48,356 nucleotides of DNA from the IMG/VR virus record IMGVR_UViG_3300037722_001206, positions 1 to 48,356 of that record; one strand, written 5' to 3'. The position numbers and the translations under genes were made by a program. The DNA comes from a virus (lineage: Duplodnaviria; Caudoviricetes). The notes under the pieces were generated by a model. The model did no database searches. It worked only from the letters and a program-made list of their open reading frames with translations, and was not told where the DNA came from. Positions 44,119-48,356 of this stretch are shown piece by piece; the first letter of the stretch is position 1, and each line of letters opens with the position of its first letter.

Positions 44119-44535
44119 ATGAGCGAGACGCTCGATTGGTCGCGCTGGCCGAATTTCAGCGAGGCGGAGTTCCGGTGCAAGTGCGGTGCGTGCGGCGGCT
44201 CGATCGTCATGGAGCCGGCGTTCCTGGACAAGTTGCAGGCGGTGCGCGACGCCGTCGGTTTTCCGATGCCGGTGACCAGCGGGTATCGCTGCTCGGCCCA
44301 CCCGGAGGAACGCAAGAAAAAGGGCGGGCCCGGCGCGCACCACCATGGGGTGGCCGCCGATATCGCCTGCGATGGGCGCGGCGCAATCCTGCTCGAAATG
44401 GCATTCGTAAAGGTCCAGGAAGCCGCCGGTGATAAGCGCATCGGTCTTGGCCGCTCGCAGCGCCCCGGCGTGGCGCGCTTCGTTCACCTCGATTGCCACG
44501 ACGATCCGGCGCGGCCGAACGCATGGAGCTATTGA
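44119..44535 (+). CDS. Peptidase M15 endolysin
   Basis: PNFS..EF.CKCG, VTSGYRC..H, AH..G.AADI, FVHLD. Confidence 0.9.
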   Translation: MSETLDWSRWPNFSEAEFRCKCGACGGSIVMEPAFLDKLQAVRDAVGFPMPVTSGYRCSAHPEERKKKGGPGAHHHGVAADIACDGRGAILLEMAFVKVQEAAGDKRIGLGRSQRPGVARFVHLDCHDDPARPNAWSY

Positions 44536-44536
44536 T

Positions 44537-45016
44537 ATGGAAAATTCGACGCGCATAAAGGCGGTGCTGACCGCGATCCTCGCGGCCGCGCTGGGCGGCG
44601 ACGAGGCCCTGACGGCGGCGTGGCAGTCATTCTCCGCCTGGGCGTTCGCCAATCTGCAGGGCACGGACCTGGCGGAGATCGGCGGCTTCAAAATCGCCGC
44701 CGTCGCCGCCCTCGGCCTCTACCTGTTCTGGCGGCGCCGGGATGCCCGAGTTTCGCCCGGGCCATCGAGCGGGGGGCCACTTGGCGAGCCTGGGGGCGGC
44801 GCCGATGCGGCCGCCCTCCAGCAGCTCCTGCGCGCGTTGACCGCGCGCGAAACCGCCGCGACCTCACTGGCCGAGCGCCGTGGCGGTGCATCGGCGGAGC
44901 GCCGCGAAGGCGGCGGCTACAGACCCACTGCCGTGATCGACCCGGCGGCCCCGCCCGGCAACCCGCCGAATATGGGCAGCGCCGCCATGACCCCTGGAAA
45001 GGAAACCGAGACATGA
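44537..45016 (+). CDS. Membrane protein (holin candidate)
   Basis: Two hydrophobic segments and a disordered tail; follows the endolysin. Confidence 0.55.
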   Translation: MENSTRIKAVLTAILAAALGGDEALTAAWQSFSAWAFANLQGTDLAEIGGFKIAAVAALGLYLFWRRRDARVSPGPSSGGPLGEPGGGADAAALQQLLRALTARETAATSLAERRGGASAERREGGGYRPTAVIDPAAPPGNPPNMGSAAMTPGKETET

Positions 45017-45582
45017 AACCGAGATCCTTCGCGACGATCGCCGCCGCCCTTTCGGCGGCTTTTTTATTGGCCGCGTGCAGCACGTTCTTCGGCGCCGCCG
45101 AAACGAGCGGACAGAAGGCGTTCCGCCTGGCCGGCATCTACAGCTATGTCGCCATCCCGGCGGCGGAGTACGCGGCGATTCCCACCGCGAACACGGAGAT
45201 CGTCGATCTGGTCTGCCGCGTCGACAAGGCGGCGTGGGGCGCGGTGGAGAGCGCGCGCGTCTCGCTCGAGATGGGCGGCGACACGCTGACCACGTCGCTG
45301 GCGGCGGCCAGCTCGGCGCTGGCCTCGTTCAGCCTGCAGGTGCTGGGGACGATCTCGTTCCCGTCCGTCGATCCCGCCGAGCTGGCGTCGAAGTCGATCA
45401 TCCTGGCCAGCGTCGGCGCGCGCTCGTTCGCCGAGATGCGCGTCTTCCGCAAGACCTACCTGCAGACGAAGCTGGCGGCGATGCAGGACCTGGGCCTCGA
45501 TCCGACCGCCGAGGAGATGGCCGAGATCGGCGACCAGGCGAGGCTGCGCCACGACCGGGTGCAGGCGGCCTGCGCGGCATGA
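45013..45582 (+). CDS. Lipoprotein (spanin candidate)
   Basis: Lipobox LLAAC after a signal peptide; helical. Confidence 0.7.
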   Translation: MKPRSFATIAAALSAAFLLAACSTFFGAAETSGQKAFRLAGIYSYVAIPAAEYAAIPTANTEIVDLVCRVDKAAWGAVESARVSLEMGGDTLTTSLAAASSALASFSLQVLGTISFPSVDPAELASKSIILASVGARSFAEMRVFRKTYLQTKLAAMQDLGLDPTAEEMAEIGDQARLRHDRVQAACAA

Positions 45583-46265
45583 GTCCATCCTGTCCGGCTC
45601 GGCGCCTGGCCGTTCTCTCGGCGCTGATCTACCTGGGCGATTGGAACCAGGTGGCGCACCGGGTGGCGGCCCTGGGCGGCAGCCTGATCGCCTGGCGCGA
45701 TCACGCGGACGCCCAGGCCATGTTCGTCATGGGCGGGACGGTGCAAGGCGGCGACCAGTGCGCCGCCTTCGTCTTCAGGGGCACCGAGGCGAGCCGGGCC
45801 CGGTGGCGGGACCTCACCGACAACCTGGGCACGGCGCGGCGCTGGTCCGGCGCCGGGCGGGCGCACAGCGGCTATCTGACGGGCCTGGAGCGGACCCGGG
45901 ACGCGGCGCGGGCGTGGGCGGAAAAACTGCCCTCGGCCGTGCCGCTCTACGTCACCGGCCATTCCATGGGCGGGGCGATCGCCACCCTGTTCGCCTCCTG
46001 GTACTACCGCGAGCACCCGGACGACCACCTGGCCGGGCTGGTCACCTTCGGGGCGCCCAAGGCCCTGGACGGGGAGGCGGCGGCCCGCATCGCCTGCCCG
46101 ATCCACCGCTATGCCGTGCCGCTGGACTTCGCCCAGGTGTGGCCGCCGAGTTGGCGGCTGGTGCATCCGGCGCCGGCGATTGCCCTACGCTCGGCCTTGC
46201 GGTGGCCGGGGCCGGTCTCGCGGCACTCGATCGAGAATTATGTGGCCTCGTTGAACGGGGCTTGA
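45579..46265 (+). CDS. Class 3 lipase
   Basis: VFRGTE, AHSGY, VTGHSMGGAIA nucleophile elbow, TFGAP, HSIENY. Confidence 0.9.
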   Translation: MSPSCPARRLAVLSALIYLGDWNQVAHRVAALGGSLIAWRDHADAQAMFVMGGTVQGGDQCAAFVFRGTEASRARWRDLTDNLGTARRWSGAGRAHSGYLTGLERTRDAARAWAEKLPSAVPLYVTGHSMGGAIATLFASWYYREHPDDHLAGLVTFGAPKALDGEAAARIACPIHRYAVPLDFAQVWPPSWRLVHPAPAIALRSALRWPGPVSRHSIENYVASLNGA

Positions 46266-46292
46266 ACGAAACAACGCAAAGGAGAGACGACG

Positions 46293-46655
46293 ATGGCACG
46301 GGTTTTCGGCGGCGACGATCTGCGCGATACGGCAAAAAAGATCGAAGCGGCGATGGACGCTAAGAACAAGGCGAGCGATGCCCTCAAGGCCGTGAAGAAA
46401 GCGGCGCGGGCGCGCGGCTATGACATGGAATGTCTGAATACGGCGATCAAGGAACATCGGACCACCAACGCGAGTCGGGCGGAGCAAAAACGCAAGCTGG
46501 TGGAATTGTACCGGCAGGCCCTGGGCCTGACACCGATCGAGGAAATCATGGCGGCGGGCGACGATCCGGAGGACGATGCCGGCGATGCGGAGGGCGATGG
46601 GGACGACGCGCCGGGGCGGGCGGCGGAGAACGGCGCGGGCGCGGCGCTGCAATAG
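46293..46655 (+). CDS. GapR/DUF2312-like nucleoid-associated protein
   Basis: LR....KIE.....K......K.V...A.A.GYD...L...I...R......E....ELYRQALG; acidic tail. Confidence 0.75.
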   Translation: MARVFGGDDLRDTAKKIEAAMDAKNKASDALKAVKKAARARGYDMECLNTAIKEHRTTNASRAEQKRKLVELYRQALGLTPIEEIMAAGDDPEDDAGDAEGDGDDAPGRAAENGAGAALQ

Positions 46656-46827
46656 GCCAAGCACGGTGGCCGACACGTGAAGGCGTCGAACGATTTCATC
46701 GAAACGCACACATCGCGCCGAAAGATCAAGTGAAGCGGCCGGTTGCAAACCGATATCTGACCTGCGCTTCATTTTTTCGACCACGAAGCAGGGGGCAAAA
46801 AGTGTCGTGCCCCCGGCTGCCCCCTCC

Positions 46828-46854
46828 TTGACACATATGTTCTCAATCCGTTCT
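46828..46854 (+). promoter_or_regulatory. Promoter overlapped by an alphaproteobacterial LexA box
   Basis: TTGACA at 46828; GTTC-TCAATCC-GTTC at 46839-46853. Confidence 0.75.
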
Positions 46855-46899
46855 ATGGCGGACGCGATGGCAAGGGGCCGCAACGGCCGTGGATTTTCG

Positions 46900-47145
46900 A
46901 TGGGTTGGAAGCACGATCTTCAATTGCGCGATCTGGCCGCGGACCTCACGATAGAGATCACATGCCGCCAATGCAGCTTTAGTTACAATCGTCAGGTCGC
47001 GGAACTGACCGGCCTCGATAGGTCGCTGCGCTTGGACGAAGTGGAAGCGCGCCTGCCATGCAGGCGGCGGGGGTGCCGCGGCGGGGTGCGGATCGCCCTG
47101 GTCGACGCCGAAAAAACGGAGGGGTTTGTCGGCGGCATGCCTTGA
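46900..47145 (+). CDS. Small Zn-ribbon protein, probably SOS-induced (start may be 46855)
   Basis: IEITCRQC...LPCRRRGC; directly downstream of the LexA box. Confidence 0.7.
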   Translation: MGWKHDLQLRDLAADLTIEITCRQCSFSYNRQVAELTGLDRSLRLDEVEARLPCRRRGCRGGVRIALVDAEKTEGFVGGMP

Positions 47146-47422
47146 TTGGGCAAGCGACCAATTCGGCGGCGCCACCGATATGGCCCGGTTGACGGAACCG
47201 CCCGATTTTCGGGTTTGGTTGCGACGGGCGTTTCGCAAACAAATGCGAAAGCGACGACAAATATGCAAATCCAATTCTGGCCCCGCCGTCCGGCGCGGGC
47301 GGGGGATGGGCGCGTCAACGCCCAGAGCCGCGGAGATCACATCCGCACGACCAAAGACCGACCGATCCCGGCCGTCCCGCCCACCCGCGCACGGGTGGCG
47401 GGATACTATCTGGAAATCGTGC

Positions 47423-47623
47423 ATGGAATCCTACCGCTGCGCCTGTGGGGCGCTGCTGTTCCGATTTCGCTTAGGGGCCATGATCGAGGATCTGGAGATC
47501 AAGTGCCGACGGTGTGGCACGATGCATCGCTATAGGTCGTGTCCTGATAAACGAGAGGTGGATCAGCGGCGGGACGCTAATGTCGGCATTGAAGCCAACA
47601 CCGGTCGTAAGTCTGCGCGCTAA
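47423..47623 (+). CDS. Com-family zinc-finger regulator
   Basis: RC.CGALLF.........EIKCRRCGT, upstream of a methylase. Confidence 0.8.
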   Translation: MESYRCACGALLFRFRLGAMIEDLEIKCRRCGTMHRYRSCPDKREVDQRRDANVGIEANTGRKSAR

Positions 47624-47745
47624 GGAACTCGCGTCTTTAGCCAGATTCGGACGTCATTATTTGGCGAGATCGCTGAGTTTTGGAGATGAGCGAACGTAAA
47701 ATTGGAAATATGGGTCGACAACCGTAAGAGTGTCCGCGCGCGGCG

Positions 47746-48132
47746 ATGGCCCAGATCGCGGCGGCGCACGAGCGCCTGCAACTGGTGGTAATCGAGAATC
47801 TGGGCTACGGCGAGTTCGTCGAGGCTTACGATACGCCGGAGACCCTGTTCTATCTCGACCCGCCGTATTGGGGGGGCGAGGCGGACTATGGCAAGGGGCT
47901 GTTCGCCCGCGGCGATTTCCGCAAGATCGCGACGGCGCTCGCCGGCCTGAAAGGACACTTCATACTGTCGATCAACGACCGGCCGGAGATCCGCGAAATC
48001 TTCGCCGGGCACCGGTTCGAGGAAGTGGAGACCACCTATACGGTCAACGTCGGCCAGCCCAAGCCGGCCAAGGAGCTGCTGATCACCCGCGCCGATCGGA
48101 CCAATGGGTTCGATCTGTTTTCGGCACGTTGA
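47746..48132 (+). pseudogene. C-terminal fragment of a DNA adenine methylase
   Basis: Has HERL..V.IENL, LFYLDPPY.G.E.DYG, FILSIND, ELLI; lacks the N-terminal SAM-binding GGK/EPF motifs. Confidence 0.8.
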
Positions 48133-48133
48133 T

Positions 48134-48190
48134 CCGGGCGTTTTGCAGATTGCCCGTAAGCCATTGATACGCGGCGAGGCGTTTTGCAGA
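48134..48190. promoter_or_regulatory. Probable integrase arm-type sites, right arm
   Basis: CCGGGCGTTTTGCAGA at 48134 and GGCGTTTTGCAGA at 48178; first matches 197-210. Confidence 0.6.
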
Positions 48191-48229
48191 ATCGCGACGG
48201 CAAGGGATTGTTTCCATTGATAAGGCGAT

Positions 48230-48271
48230 GGCTTTGCAGGCCCCTGCATAACCACTCTGCCACCGGGCCGG
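48230..48271 (-). repeat. att core, right copy: displaced 5' half of tRNA-Cys
   Basis: Identical to 86-127; covers the tRNA 5' end through the anticodon loop only. Confidence 0.95.
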
Positions 48272-48310
48272 GAGGCCGCCCGCGGACGCTGATGCCGACA
48301 GGCCGGCGAC

Positions 48311-48339
48311 ATATAGAGGCCGGGCCAGAACCGGTCAAG
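48311..48339 (-). promoter_or_regulatory. Native host tRNA-Cys promoter
   Basis: Minus strand CTTGAC-N17-CTATAT, the alphaproteobacterial RpoD consensus, pointing at the tRNA fragment. Confidence 0.85.
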
Positions 48340-48356
48340 CGCTGGTGCGCGGGAGT

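Larger units (their letters stand above)
86..48271. mobile_element. Complete temperate prophage (lambda-like head, GTA-like siphovirus tail) integrated in tRNA-Cys
   Basis: Flanking 42-bp direct repeats, integrase at left end, full set of lysogeny, replication, packaging, head, tail and lysis genes. Confidence 0.97.

Noticed and set aside
48230-48271. Second tRNA-Cys gene
   Set aside because: Lacks T arm and 3' acceptor strand; it is the att duplication

Overview
The window is one apparently complete temperate prophage of about 48 kb in a high-GC host, probably an alphaproteobacterium (CTTGAC-N17-CTATAT promoter, GTTC-N7-GTTC LexA box, GapR homologue, GTA-type tail). It is integrated in tRNA-Cys(GCA) and bounded by a 42-bp direct repeat at 86-127 and 48230-48271. 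Gene order: integrase/excisionase, CI/Cro switch, early genes with two DNA methyltransferases, initiator with iterons, ParB plus ABC-GNAT, an inverted accessory operon, lambda-like head, an ATP-grasp/glycosyltransferase cluster, GTA-like tail, lysis region, GapR, Com and a truncated methylase. Top finding: the inverted MoxR AAA / DUF3150-like / metallopeptidase-vWA operon has a complete type II hammerhead ribozyme directly in front of each of its three ribosome-binding sites. The cores are intact, stem III covaries between copies, and a loop I pseudoknot is conserved. A fourth leader looks like a hammerhead converted into a plain hairpin. Other highlights: integration duplicates the 5' half of the tRNA, so the intact tRNA loses its host promoter and appears to use a phage-supplied one; a candidate virion-modification cassette follows the capsid gene; and a repressor lacking autocleavage residues co-occurs with a LexA-box-controlled zinc-finger gene. 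All family assignments come from motif recognition by eye, with no database searches, and many start codons were re-chosen from RBS and gene-overlap evidence.
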